NCBI GenBank assembly: GCA_037379345.1
Contig: CM074513.1
Location: 26,040,001 to 26,104,000, forward strand
Length of the DNA: 64,000 nt
Direction: 5' to 3'
Origin: Perna viridis
Lineage: Eukaryota
Part shown: positions 40,933 to 52,525 of the stretch, one piece after another
Position numbering within the stretch: position 1 is the first letter of the stretch
Layout: every line of letters begins with the position of its first letter
The notes under the pieces: model-generated
What the model saw: only the letters and a program-made list of their open reading frames with translations
Databases searched by the model: none
Told to the model about the DNA's origin: nothing
Made by a program: the position numbers and the translations under genes

Positions 40933-42614
40933 ATTCAAAAGACACAAAACAGAAAACAACAAAGAAAAGAAGCCATTTCAGAAAGAAAGAGAAGCAGAAA
41001 TCTAAGTCTTCCTCCTCGTCATCGTCGTCGTCCTCATGTAGTGACACAGAAGACGAGAAGGACGCGAAAAAGGTTGACATGAAGAAAGACAAGCAAATAC
41101 AAGTCAACGTTTTCAAAATTGATTTGAAAACGAATAAGATAAAGCAGCCTGATGGAAGTCAAACTAAGCGAAAGAAACCTAAATCAGTGGCAACGCCTCC
41201 GTCCACACCAGAATCTCCTTTCGATAAATTATCACATTTGTTCCATAGAACTCATAAGGCTAAGATAACGGACCCAAAACTGGACGCAAAGAAAGTTGAA
41301 AAAGAAAAGAAGAGAGATACAAAGAAAAGTAAGCAAAAGATAACACCATCGTTGATTGGAAGTAGTACCTCACATACTCCAACAGACGAAAAGGCGTTGC
41401 AATCAACACCAACGGTAGCAACCGGGAGTGCCTCTTCTTCATCTTATGACGGTAAGCATCTACCATTGTCTTCAACAGATGAGAAAACACGGGGTAATAT
41501 CTCATCTCCCGATACACCTAGAAAAATTGATACTGATGATCAAAGTCCTTTTAAGACTCTGCAAGAATATGCTAAGTCTCTAGATCGACACATTGATAGA
41601 ACTAAAAAAGAATTTTCAAGTTCTAGGTCAGATATTGAATTGGACAAAAACTCCGATGATGATAAGATTGAACCAGTTCGAATTCCAAGTCCGCTTGAAG
41701 ACATTATTGTTGAGCATAAAATTGAAAAAGTTGAAACAGCACGAGACCCTGGTTTTAAACCGTTATTTCCCGATATCCCGTGCCTGGAAAAGAGGACTTC
41801 ATTATCGTCACTTGAGAAAGAAATTGTTGTGGAACAACCAACATCGTCGGCTGATGAACTAGATTCTTCCATCCAAAACTCCACTTTTGACATGGGAGAT
41901 ATAGGTAGAGAGCCATTAGTTGATACACCAGATGACAATAAAACATGGAAATCTTTAAGTGAGCAATCAAAACTAAGAAGATCAAAGAGTTCATCGTCAT
42001 CATCTTCATCGTCGTCATCTTCATCTGCTGACTCAGTGAAGGCAGCAAAGGATAAATCACATGGACAACCCTTCGATGCCGATGTGCAAATTGTAAAGAA
42101 AGCAGAAATCCCAAAGAAAATTGACAATCTAGATGGCACTACTAGTCAGGACAATATAGAAAAAATTGTTCAAGAATCACTGAACACAGAACCGAGTCGA
42201 GTTTCGGTCGATCTATCGACCTCTTCGCCAGATATAATTCATAGAAGAGAACTTTCCATTGACACCACAGAGGCCTTGCAGACGTTAGACAATTCCATCA
42301 TTGCAGCAGAACAACCCTCACCAAAGCATAAAGGGCATTTCGTGGTTGTCGCTATAGATTTCGGAACAGCGTATAGTGGATATGCATTCAGTTTTACCCG
42401 GGACCCAGACAGTATTCATATGATGAGGAAATGGGAAGGTGGGGATCCTGGAATTATCAACCAGAAAACACCTACAACCATGCTGTTGACTCCAGATGGG
42501 TCTTTCCATTCTTTTGGTTACAGCGCAAGGGACAACTATCATGATATGAGCAAGGAACTGGCACAAGAATGGTTGTACTTTGACAAGTTCAAGATGACTT
42601 TTCACACCGCAACA
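40933..42614 (+). CDS. HSPA12A: HSPA12A-like exon 2: end of the disordered region plus start of the Hsp70-12 nucleotide-binding domain
   Basis: ttgcag|AT ... ACA|gtgagt; encodes [18 protein letters not shown] and [20 protein letters not shown], diagnostic of HSPA12A/B. Confidence 0.92.
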
Positions 42615-43756
42615 GTGAGTTTTAAAAACTAAGTTAAGTAAAATTGCGATTTTAAAGAAAAAAAAAGACAAGTTTAAAAGAGAGCTTAAAAAGTGATATT
42701 TATATAAGCATTTTATTCATTACTAGTAAACTAACGCTTTCAAAGTTTTTTTTGTAGTTATAAAACATGTTTTGTCTATTAGTATATGGGTGTTACAACA
42801 AAGGCTGGGAAATGAAACTAAGTCTTCATTGTAACTTATAAATTATGCCTTGACATGCTCCTTGTATCTAGTTATTACGGATCTACAAATGTTGAACGAC
42901 AATTTAAGCTTGTTTATTATGATGTAAAGATAGATTCGAATTGATTCACTGATTTAATAAAGCTGTATGTAGTAATATATGATGATGCATTTGAATATCA
43001 AATTAACATTACTGGGTATAAAGTACAAACATCGTTTGTTTTAACACCTTTGATCTTTGATGTGCATTCTTTGCATTCTTGTTCATTTTACTATAAATTT
43101 ACACAAAATATTCAGTATTTTTCCCTTGATAAATTATTTTAAGTTTATTGTTTTAATTATGCATAAAGGACATTTTAATCACCGTATTTTTTTCTTGTTT
43201 AATTGGCGAAAACAAAAATGAAGTGTTATGGCTATTTTTAATGACTAGAAAAATATCAAGTATTGTTTTGTTTTTGTTTTTTTTATGTGTTCAAATTGAA
43301 TAACTGACCTAATCATATGGTTCAAAGCTGAATTTTAGCATAATGGCCGAAATGATTAATCATATTTATGATATGAATAATAATAAGTGGAACATGTATA
43401 GCCACATCTAAATGGTAAAAGGAACCCAATACAAATAAAACGAAGGGAGGGAGGCCCAGATGTTCGGTCTGAGGGGCATCTAGCACGAACTGAGTGGGAA
43501 AAACACCAAATGCAAACCCAGACTAAGGAGAGAAGTCACTTTCAAAATACTGATCTTGAATTTTGTGTATTAGTGATATTTCTATTTGTCAATTTAATTG
43601 TTTATCTCTCTACTAATAAATGGAAAACTGTAGTAAAATAAACAATCTATCAAATATTGAATAAATATACATTTTTATTTTAATTACTCTTATTAATCTA
43701 ATAAAATATTGACGGTTTTCAAAATGTAACTAAGAGTAATACGAACTCTTCTCTAG

Positions 43757-43978
43757 GACCTAACAACTGAAACTATGTTAACGGCAGCAAATGGCAGACC
43801 GTATCCTGCTTTGAAAATTTTCACCTACGCTCTCAACTTCTTTCGTGATCATGTGATCAAAGAACTGTCCGACCAATCAGGTGTCAGGATCCTAAATGAA
43901 GACATCAGATGGGTAGTATGCGTACCTGCAATATGGAAAGCACCAGCTAAACAGTTCATGCGACAAGCAGCTTACAAG
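43757..43978 (+). CDS. HSPA12A: HSPA12A-like exon 3 (IRWVVCVPAIWKAPAKQFMRQAAYK)
   Basis: ctctag|GAC ... AAG|gtataa; HSPA12 VPAIW motif. Confidence 0.93.
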
Positions 43979-44294
43979 GTATAAACCACATCAAACTTTT
44001 CAAGCCTAGATTTTTGTTCCTTTGTTCCTTCATTTCTACGTTTTATTCCATACCAAAAGAAAAAAAGAGACAGTGCATTCAATGAGAATTATAAGATATA
44101 TTTTATAAACATATCAACCTTAGTTGAACTCAATAGAAAAGGAAACGTACATGCAGGACCCTGGTGTAGATTTTCATGACCAACTAAATTGTTGAACCAC
44201 AAAAACAAAAAAACAAAAACAAACAAACAAACAAACACATGCAAAAAATAATGAAGCAATACGGGGTTGAAATATAAACCATCTTAATATTTAG

Positions 44295-44478
44295 GCTGGA
44301 ATCGCATCCGAGGAATGCCCAGACCAGCTGTTGATAGCACTAGAGCCAGAGGCAGCGTCAATCTTTTGTCGAAAGCTGAGAATGCACCAACTTGTTCTTG
44401 AGGAACAACGCCCCCTACAGTCACCTACAAGGAGTGAACCCGTAAATCTGGACGATGCCTTTGAAGTTTCTAATCAAG
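44295..44478 (+). CDS. HSPA12A: HSPA12A-like exon 4 (QLLIALEPEAASIFCRKL)
   Basis: ttag|GCT ... G|gtaaca; ALEPEAAS motif. Confidence 0.93.
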
Positions 44479-44798
44479 GTAACATTGTTCAGAGGTGTAA
44501 ATAAACGGTGATCCTTATTTATTGTTTTTATTGGTTTTCATTTGAAGTTTAAACCTCCGAAACAGTGTTTATTTTGGCATTTTGGTCATTTTCTTCTTGC
44601 TTTTTTTCATATAAGAGGCATAAAGGCAGTTAGTGCTTGTTTCTTTTATCATGAGACAGTTAGCATCTACCTTAAGTAAGCTGCTTTCGGGATAAGTACA
44701 TTTTTATTGCATATATTTTATGTCATGGGAGTGCATACTAGAGTTTTACTATAAAACATGCAAATTTATTTAAATTTTATTCTTTGTTTTTCTTCCAG

Positions 44799-44831
44799 TG
44801 AACGAGTTTTCCATAGATATGATTCTTCGAG
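44799..44831 (+). CDS. HSPA12A: HSPA12A-like small exon 5 (VNEFSIDMILR), phase 1-1, possibly a cassette exon
   Basis: Long pyrimidine tract, ttcttccag|TG ... CGA G|gtattt; 33 nt, open. Confidence 0.6.
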
Positions 44832-45672
44832 GTATTTCAATATTTTGAGCCTGTTCTCTATTCTATCTTGTCCTAAACTTACTCATCTATGAATGACAGT
44901 ATGAAGCATGTTAACTTTACTTCCATTTGTAACCTATCTGAAGTTTTATTTATTGTACCCTTACATTTCTTACTGTCAAAACCTATCTATATATATCCAG
45001 TGTGTAACTGGCTAATATAGCCAGTAAGATATACCACTTTTCCCAAACGTATATTCTATGACAAATCTTCTTCACAAAGCAGTAATACCGTTATTTTTAT
45101 AGGCATAGTCATTTTAGTTATTGACCAATCATATTCTCAAGTGACAGAAGCCTTTTCCTGAATTTTGACCCATTTTAGTCATTTTTTTATGTGTTTGTAC
45201 AAAATCCCCAAAAGTGACTAAAGCTTTTGAAATCCTGACCAAAACACTGTTAATGTGGTAAGTGACATAATGATACAATGATGTGCTTTAGTCTTCCTTG
45301 ATATTGTAGTAATTCTTACCTTGTGAAAAACTGTTTGCCCCATACTAAGTTCTCAAAATCAAATTGAGACTCAAAGTCTGTCATGCTAGATTGATCACTC
45401 TCTTTGTAACACTGCTTCTCAAATGAGAATGCTACCATTGACTTGGTTCAGGAACTATCCTACATACTTTGATTTTGCGTTTAGTCAGAACTTGGAAATA
45501 ACTTATGACCAATATGATCTTGTAACATGACATCCAAAACTATGTGCAAGTATGAACGTCATCAGGTAATGAAACTACATATATAAGACACTTTATATTC
45601 CAGTTTTTAAAAAAGCAAAGCTAAATAAAAACGTTTCATTTCACGTTTTGATGCCGATGACGTCATTAGTTT

Positions 45673-45923
45673 GAAGGAGTAATCATGGGAACCAAGGTTG
45701 TAGCGGTAATCAAAAGAATGTAATCCAGGGACAAAGACCAGACATGGAAAACAGACATACACGACAAAGAACATAAAGTAACTAAATTCATACATACAAA
45801 GTAACAAAAGCAAATGAGCAACTCGGACTCCACTTAAAACTGGGAGCATGGACCAGGTGCACCGGTAGGGTAAGCGTCCTCTGCTTTTCTAGAAACACCC
45901 GCCGAGTTGCTCATAGAAAGTCA
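45673..45923 (-). mobile_element. 3'-end fragment of the same Penelope-like element, in an HSPA12 intron
   Basis: Closely matches 28045-28292 (GGAACCAAGGTT.TAGCGGTAATCAAAAGAATGTAATCCAGGGACAAAGACC...). Confidence 0.85.
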
Positions 45924-46038
45924 TGTACAATGTAATATGAGAATCCATTGCCAACTTACATAGTTTTGGTTTTCTGTGGGTGATATGATGTAATGATGCT
46001 ATACAATAATTAAAATAAATGTAAATTTTAATCTTCAG

Positions 46039-46161
46039 GAACTCGTTATATAGTGGTTGATTGTGGTGGAGGAACGGTGGACATCACTGTACATGAGCTA
46101 GATACCACGGGCAAACTAGCAGAGCTTCATAAAGCTAGCGGTGGACCATATGGGTCTATTG
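46039..46161 (+). CDS. HSPA12A: HSPA12A-like exon 6 ([17 protein letters not shown]...KASGGPYG)
   Basis: Hsp70 phosphate-2 motif DCGGGTVD; canonical splice sites. Confidence 0.95.
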
Positions 46162-46465
46162 GTATGTATTGGTTGTACATATTATACACATCGGAAGAAA
46201 ATATACTAATAATTTGATTTTTTTTTATGTTTTAACATAACTGCATCTACATTGTATAAAATGTAACTACATGTACATTGTAAAAAAATTACTGATGTGC
46301 TTACTGGAAAATATTCCGATGTTCGCATTACTTTCAGTATAATTCGCGTATAATAGTGCATGGCTTGTAATATCTTAGGACACTTAAATGTTTGACAAAA
46401 AATGTTCTATCTTACTCAGTTATAATCGACTGGCATTATTCTCTGGTTTATATTTCTTTCCTAAG

Positions 46466-46668
46466 GTGTTGATATGGAGTTTGAAAAACTAATGATGAAG
46501 ATATTCGGAAAGAATATTATAGAGCAGTACAAGTTTAAGAGATCGGCTGGCTGGATTGACATGCTTGTAGCATTTGAATCGAGAAAGAGATCAGCATCTC
46601 CTGACAAGACCACACCTCTGAATATCGCGTTGCCATTTTCGTTCATAGATTACTATAGAAAACACAAG
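46466..46668 (+). CDS. HSPA12A: HSPA12A-like exon 7 (WIDMLVAFESRKR...LPFSF)
   Basis: Canonical splice sites; HSPA12 motif. Confidence 0.92.
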
Positions 46669-47499
46669 GTAGGCACATCATTGGCTGACACCACAAGAAA
46701 GTAAAATTGAGGCCTATTTCTACTTGTAGATAATTAATTCGCATGTTGGGTCAATCTATGTTGGAAAAGTATTTGGGGCTATAACTTCAGGTGAAAACCT
46801 ATGTTAAGAAAATGAAAAAATAAACATAACTATGTCTTTCATGTTATGTATGTAAACTTGTTTTTTACTTTTATTTATTTAATGACATTAAAAAAATCGA
46901 CCAGGAAATTTTAAGAGGATGTGCTATGAACGAGGAACTAAAGACTGCACGAAGGCCCAATCAATTTACCACCAAGCATTTTTACAAAAGTTTTAATAGG
47001 TTATTTCACTTAAAATATACATAAATGTCAAATGTTCAGGGTTTTTTGGTAACAATTACTATAACTGTCATTACGAATTTAAAGAGTTTTAAATTTAACA
47101 ACCGAAAGACTACTAATTCTACCAGGAATGTTAGTTTATCATCTTATTATGGAAGAATATTATATCATTATTTATATCATATTGATAAGGGAATTTAGGA
47201 TTGTTGACCAACAACAACGTACCCATTAGGTGGTGAAAAGAAATACCCAAAATCAAAATTATCAAAATAGGAAGCCAAAGGTTACAAGTGCTTTATGTAT
47301 TTTAATTTAATGTCTCGACCAATGGACCCAAATTTGTTTTGCTTTGGTTCACATTTCATGGTTCACTGTACAATAATACATTGGAATGTTTATACCGAAA
47401 AATATCAGTCGGGGTCTGCATTTTGTTTGAGACCTTTTCTTCTTGTGTGTGTTTGTAAACCAATACTTGGGCAAAGGGATAAAGTTAACGTATAATAAC

Positions 47500-47683
47500 T
47501 ACTGTATACGTACTAATTTTTGCTGTTGACAGAAAACCGCGAAAAATAAAACACGCGAAATTGATTTTTAGCACTATATAACGCTAATGACTTTTTGAAA
47601 CCGCGAATATTGATACCCAGGAACATGTTCACTTGACAGAATCCGCGAAAATTAGCAACCGCGAAAATTAAACGTTTACAGTA
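47500..47683. mobile_element. Tc1/mariner-type MITE
   Basis: TA-CTGTATAC ... GTTTACAG-TA termini with internal CGCGAAA repeats. Confidence 0.7.
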
Positions 47684-47806
47684 TATAAAACGAGAAAAGG
47701 TATGGTGAATGTGTGAAAGAGACAACAATCCCACCTGGATGAAAATGTCAGTACAAGGCCACCCTCGTTTTATATAACCCCTTATAACTCATTTTTAACA
47801 TTTTAG

Positions 47807-47972
47807 CTTACTTCCATTGAAACTGCAATAAAACGATATGGAGATAAAGATGTCACATGGTCTTCACAAGGAATGCTTAGATTGGCCCCAGAAGCTATGA
47901 ATAAGCTCTTTCGTCCGACTGTACAGAAAATCAAAGAAAAAATTGGCACCATCCTAAATAATAACATACCAG
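47807..47972 (+). CDS. HSPA12A: HSPA12A-like exon 8 (WSSQGMLRL)
   Basis: ttttag|CTT ... G|gtaagt; HSPA12A/B WSSQGMLR motif. Confidence 0.92.
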
Positions 47973-48676
47973 GTAAGTGCAGATTCTGAGTTGAAATGGA
48001 AAGACATTTTTGGCAATTTATTCTTAATTGAAGCTTTGAACCAACCGGCACAGCTAACTCATTTATAATGTCGAATGACGTCATACCAAAGAAAAGGCAC
48101 ATGACATTTACAGTGTTTGCTGCGGAATAACATAATTTAGTTGTAACAAAAAAATAAATGTTAGTAGGACATTTTAATTTCTTGTTTACAACACCCATGT
48201 TAAAAAAAACCAACAAAATTTCTCAATAATGGATTGTCATAATAGACCATAAAAGGTAGCCAATTGTACATTTTGTTTTTGGAAATAATCCAAAAGATAT
48301 ATCATAGTGCAGCAGCGTCATACACCTTAACTGACATATGTAGATTAAAATTACAAACAAGTCAAACATATAACTAAAAAACGTCATTTGAAGACTTCAC
48401 TCGTTTATTATCTATAAGTGCTACATTCAAGGAAGTGATTCCATGAAGCAAATAACTACATATTGAAAACAAGAAACAAGAAACAAGTCTGACTTCGAAT
48501 CACACGATATGGCATATCAATATAAAACGTCTGTCAAAATATTAAGTTGACAGTACATATAAGTACATTAAAGAAAACGTTGAAAAGGTAGAAAAACGGC
48601 AGGTGACACTATGATCATTACCTCCATAAGTGGGGTTATAAAATTATATGTGTACAAAACACGGTCTTCTTTGCAG

Positions 48677-48805
48677 ATTTGAAGTATATGTTCCTTGTTG
48701 GAGGCTTTGCTGAATCCTCTATTGTACAAAATGAGATACGCCAAACTTTTGGAAACTCCATTCAGATCATCATTCCACAAGGGGTAGCCATGACCATTCT
48801 TAAAG
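48677..48805 (+). CDS. HSPA12A: HSPA12A-like exon 9 (FLVGGFAES...IIIPQ)
   Basis: Adenosine-binding motif LVGGF; canonical splice sites. Confidence 0.93.
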
Positions 48806-48979
48806 GTATTTATTTATTGTGCGATTTTAGAGAATGTGTTAGATATATTCAATTGAAACTTCTATAGAAAAGCCTCAACTGCAGGCTAAAGAATATTTTT
48901 GAAAAAAAACCCCAAAAAACTTTTCAACAACCTTAGATTTTATTGGCAAAATCCTTTGAAATTTAAATTACTGTTACAG

Positions 48980-49464
48980 GTGCCGTATTGTTTGGCCTTG
49001 ACCCAACCATTGTCAATGTCAGGAGATGCCCTTTGACTTATGGCGTCGGCGTTCTCAATCGATACAATCCTAAGAAACATCCGTTGAAAAAGAAGGTGTC
49101 GCGCCAAGGGATAGACTGGTGTACCGACATCTTCGATAAATATGTCGTAGTTGACGAGCCGGTTACAATCGGAGATATCATTTTACGTAGTTACACGCCG
49201 GCTCGGAAGGACCAAAGGTTGATTCAAATTAACATTTACTGCAGTGAAAATAAAGACCCAAAATTTATCACAGAACCTGGTGTATATAAAGTTGGAACAG
49301 TGACACTGCATTTATCGAATACCAGTGACGATGAATGCGACGTTCCAAAAAGAAGAGAGATTCAGACGCGGATGCAGTTTGGAGAAACGGAAATCAGAGT
49401 TTGTGCTCTTGATGTGTCTACGGGTGAAAATATTCAATCAACTGTTGATTTTCTCAGTAGATAA
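48980..49464 (+). CDS. HSPA12A: HSPA12A-like last coding exon (GAVLFGLDP...LTYGVGVLNRY...REIQTRMQFGETEI...VDFLSR*)
   Basis: ttacag|GT; stop TAA ends at 49464. The spliced CDS totals 8418 nt, or 2805 aa. Confidence 0.93.
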
Positions 49465-50465
49465 TTCATTTTTATTTCCTTTTTCCCATCTTCACATCCT
49501 GTGTACAAGTATTTAGGTTGTGTCAAGTGCAGGTATGGTGAGATTGTACATTTTTATTTTCATTCTGTGATAGTAGTCCCAGCTGTAAGAACATGTTTAT
49601 GTAGTAGGCACAGTAGATTTAATTTTTATATTATGTACTACAAATTACACAAGTAACAAATTATGGATGTAAGTTGATGAGCGTTAGATACATGTATTTC
49701 AGTCTTCTAGTAGTTATTATATAGTTTTTTAAGGTCTCTAAACATAATGATAGGGGAGAGTTTCTTTAATTGAAATTAAGTTATAATAGTTAAACAAAAA
49801 GGGATAACTTCGACCTACCCGTTTAAGGCTTTGACAGTTGCCAGAAGATGAACTTGGTTAGGGGATAATTTTAACGTGAATTTCAAGGCAGGAAAATGGA
49901 ATGTGAAAAAAAATTTGGATGGGAAAACAGGTATTGGGGGTCAGGAATTTATTTTTCATTTTGTGATAAAAAGAAAAAAAAAGAAAAGAAATCATGTGTT
50001 ATAACAACAAATATTGCACTTACACTCTGATATATGGGGATCGACTGGTATGTATGACATACAAGTCTACCCCATATATCAGAAAACTTCATATGGGTTA
50101 TATAAATGCAATATTTGCTGTTATAGCACATTATTTCGTTATTTTTTTTAATTATTTTTTTTCATTTTAGTAATCAAAAACAAAAAAATTCCCGACCCCA
50201 AGTATCTGTGGGTGTGAAGTATTACCATAAGTGGTGAGAAAACGATACTTTGTTCAGTTTTATACTTTATTTAGTCCTTCATATAATGAATATTTTCTTC
50301 CTGTTATTAATTTCTTATTTACTGTTTTCGTTCCTTTATTTATTAAGTAAGCTAGTCATTATATATATTTTATATCGCCAAAGGAGGGTATCTTGAATTA
50401 CCATGCTGATTTAATTATCTTCCTTGGAGTATGTATAAAATGTACTTATGTACCATAAATACCTC

Positions 50466-50479
50466 AATAAAAGAATAAA
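50466..50479 (+). terminator. Candidate polyadenylation signals for the HSPA12-like gene
   Basis: Tandem AATAAA hexamers about 1 kb after the stop codon. Confidence 0.35.
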
Positions 50480-51217
50480 AATTATCGTTACAGTGTTTAA
50501 AGGTTAATGGCATGTTTGCGGTTTAAAGATTTCTGAAACAAAATATGACCCGCCCTTACAAATACACTGTGAAATATATCACCTAGTCGATGATTGATTT
50601 TTGTAGTGTTTTCGTTCAAATGCACAATTTACAGAAACTGCATGTTTTACATACTAGTAAGTTGATATGCTCCATCGATTTCCGTTGACCCAAGAGAAGC
50701 CCGCTTATTTTTTACGTCGAAAAATGAAAAAAATACCAAGAAATTAATAGAGTTCAATCAACTTTTGAGCAAATTCGTATTATTAACAAAACTGAATATA
50801 AAACATTTTTTTTCACATTTTCTTGAGGAAAACTTTGCCCCTTCTTTGTTAATCTATGGATCTGCCACTGGTCCCATCCAAATTATGCAAAACTCAAGCA
50901 AGTACATGGGAACAAGCAGGGGCGTAGCTAGGCTAAATGATGTATACACAAAACAAATCACTATGGTCGCGCCGACTTCGGAAATGTGGCATTACGACAG
51001 GGGTCTGAGGCCAATTACCATTTTCTGGCACTTCAGTTGCTGTTAGAAAAAATATATTTCAATGACTTTGACTACCTTTATCACGAGGCTCCAATGAACT
51101 TTTTCAGTTTTTCATCGATCCATGTTTTCATCCATGGATAGCCTGTAGCTGCAAACAACCAGGGTGAAAAATAATAATCCACGGCAAAAAACATGACGTG
51201 TCCTTAATGAACGTTAA

Positions 51218-51530
51218 GGTGTTTCCATCTGCACCATGAAAACTGATTTATTCAGCGTGTCATACTTTTACTTTCCTCTTTCGTCTACCCCGAACTTGAG
51301 TTTTTTTTTAGTTTTTATGAGCAACTCGGTGGATGTATCTAGAAAAGCAGAGGACGCTTACCCTATCGGTGCACCTGGTCCATGCTCCCAGTTTTTTAGT
51401 GGAGTCCGAGTTGCTCATTTACTTTTGTTACTTGTATGTATTATCTTAGTTACTTTATGTTCTTTGTAGTGTTTGTCTGTTTTACATGTCTGATTTCCGT
51501 TAGAATCTTGGTTCCCTTGATTACTCTTTT
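51218..51530 (+). mobile_element. 3'-end fragment of the same Penelope-like element
   Basis: Encodes the end of the ORF (SICTMKTDLF) plus the 3' region ending CTTGGTTCCCTTGATTACTCTTTT. Confidence 0.85.
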
Positions 51531-52254
51531 ACATCTATAATGGGCAGTGATCCATTTGTTACATTTCTCCGTCTCATAAATGTATTATGGAATGGGGTTC
51601 ATTTTTATTAGATCGATCCATACATGGTAGGTTAATTATAATGGTGAACTTTATCCCATATTTCTGACATTAGACTGTACTTTTCACTGTCACTAAAGAA
51701 ACCAGACTTATATATGTGTTAGGATAAAGTGGAGAAAAACCTTCTTTTTTTGCCATTTTGAAGTTTGTGCAATATATAACTTAAGGGAAGTAAATCAAGA
51801 AACGTACGCAGATTGAAATCCGTAATTCCGGTTTTAATATTACATTACATATTGCATTACATATGATAATATAACAGGAATGGAAATTATTGGCATAGAA
51901 GAAAAAAATATCATTATGTCAAAGAAAGAACAACCCATCCTAGATGAATTAGTATTTAAAATCAAAAGGTACCACCTTAGACTGGTATTCTGCAGCAAAA
52001 GACTCTTCTTTTTATTTTTTGCTGATTTTTCGATGTGTACGCAAGTGCGTTTTTGCGTATAGGGAGCTACGTCCATGACAAGGCACTAAATCGACCACTT
52101 ATGTACGAACTGATCTATACATCTCGCGAATTTTGAAAAAGACAAATGTAAACTCACAGGTACGCTCAATGACATGAACTACATTTTTCAAGCGAGTTGT
52201 TTTGTTGTGTCATACTTTGGGGTGTGTATATATGCATGAAAATGGACGCATTCA

Positions 52255-52525
52255 GTACTTGATAGTCCAGTGGTTGTCATTTTTTTTATGTTCATTGTTA
52301 TTCGTTTTTTTGTGTAGATTAGTTCGATTTTCGTCTTTTATGAATAGTTTCACATTTATTTATTTTGGGGCTTTTACAGCTTGCAATTGCTTTATGGCAT
52401 GGGGTTTTACCCATCATTGAAGACCGTGTAGTGACATGTAGAAGTTAAATTGTTCGTTGCTTGGCATTTGGTGGATGACTTAATTTCTCATTGGCAATCA
52501 TACCACATCTCTCATTTTTATATTG
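52255..52525 (+). repeat. Degenerate copy of an abundant mussel-type interspersed repeat (retroelement 3' end)
   Basis: Ends TCTCATTGGCAATCATACCACATCT followed by a T-run; recognised from memory, not searched. Confidence 0.5.
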
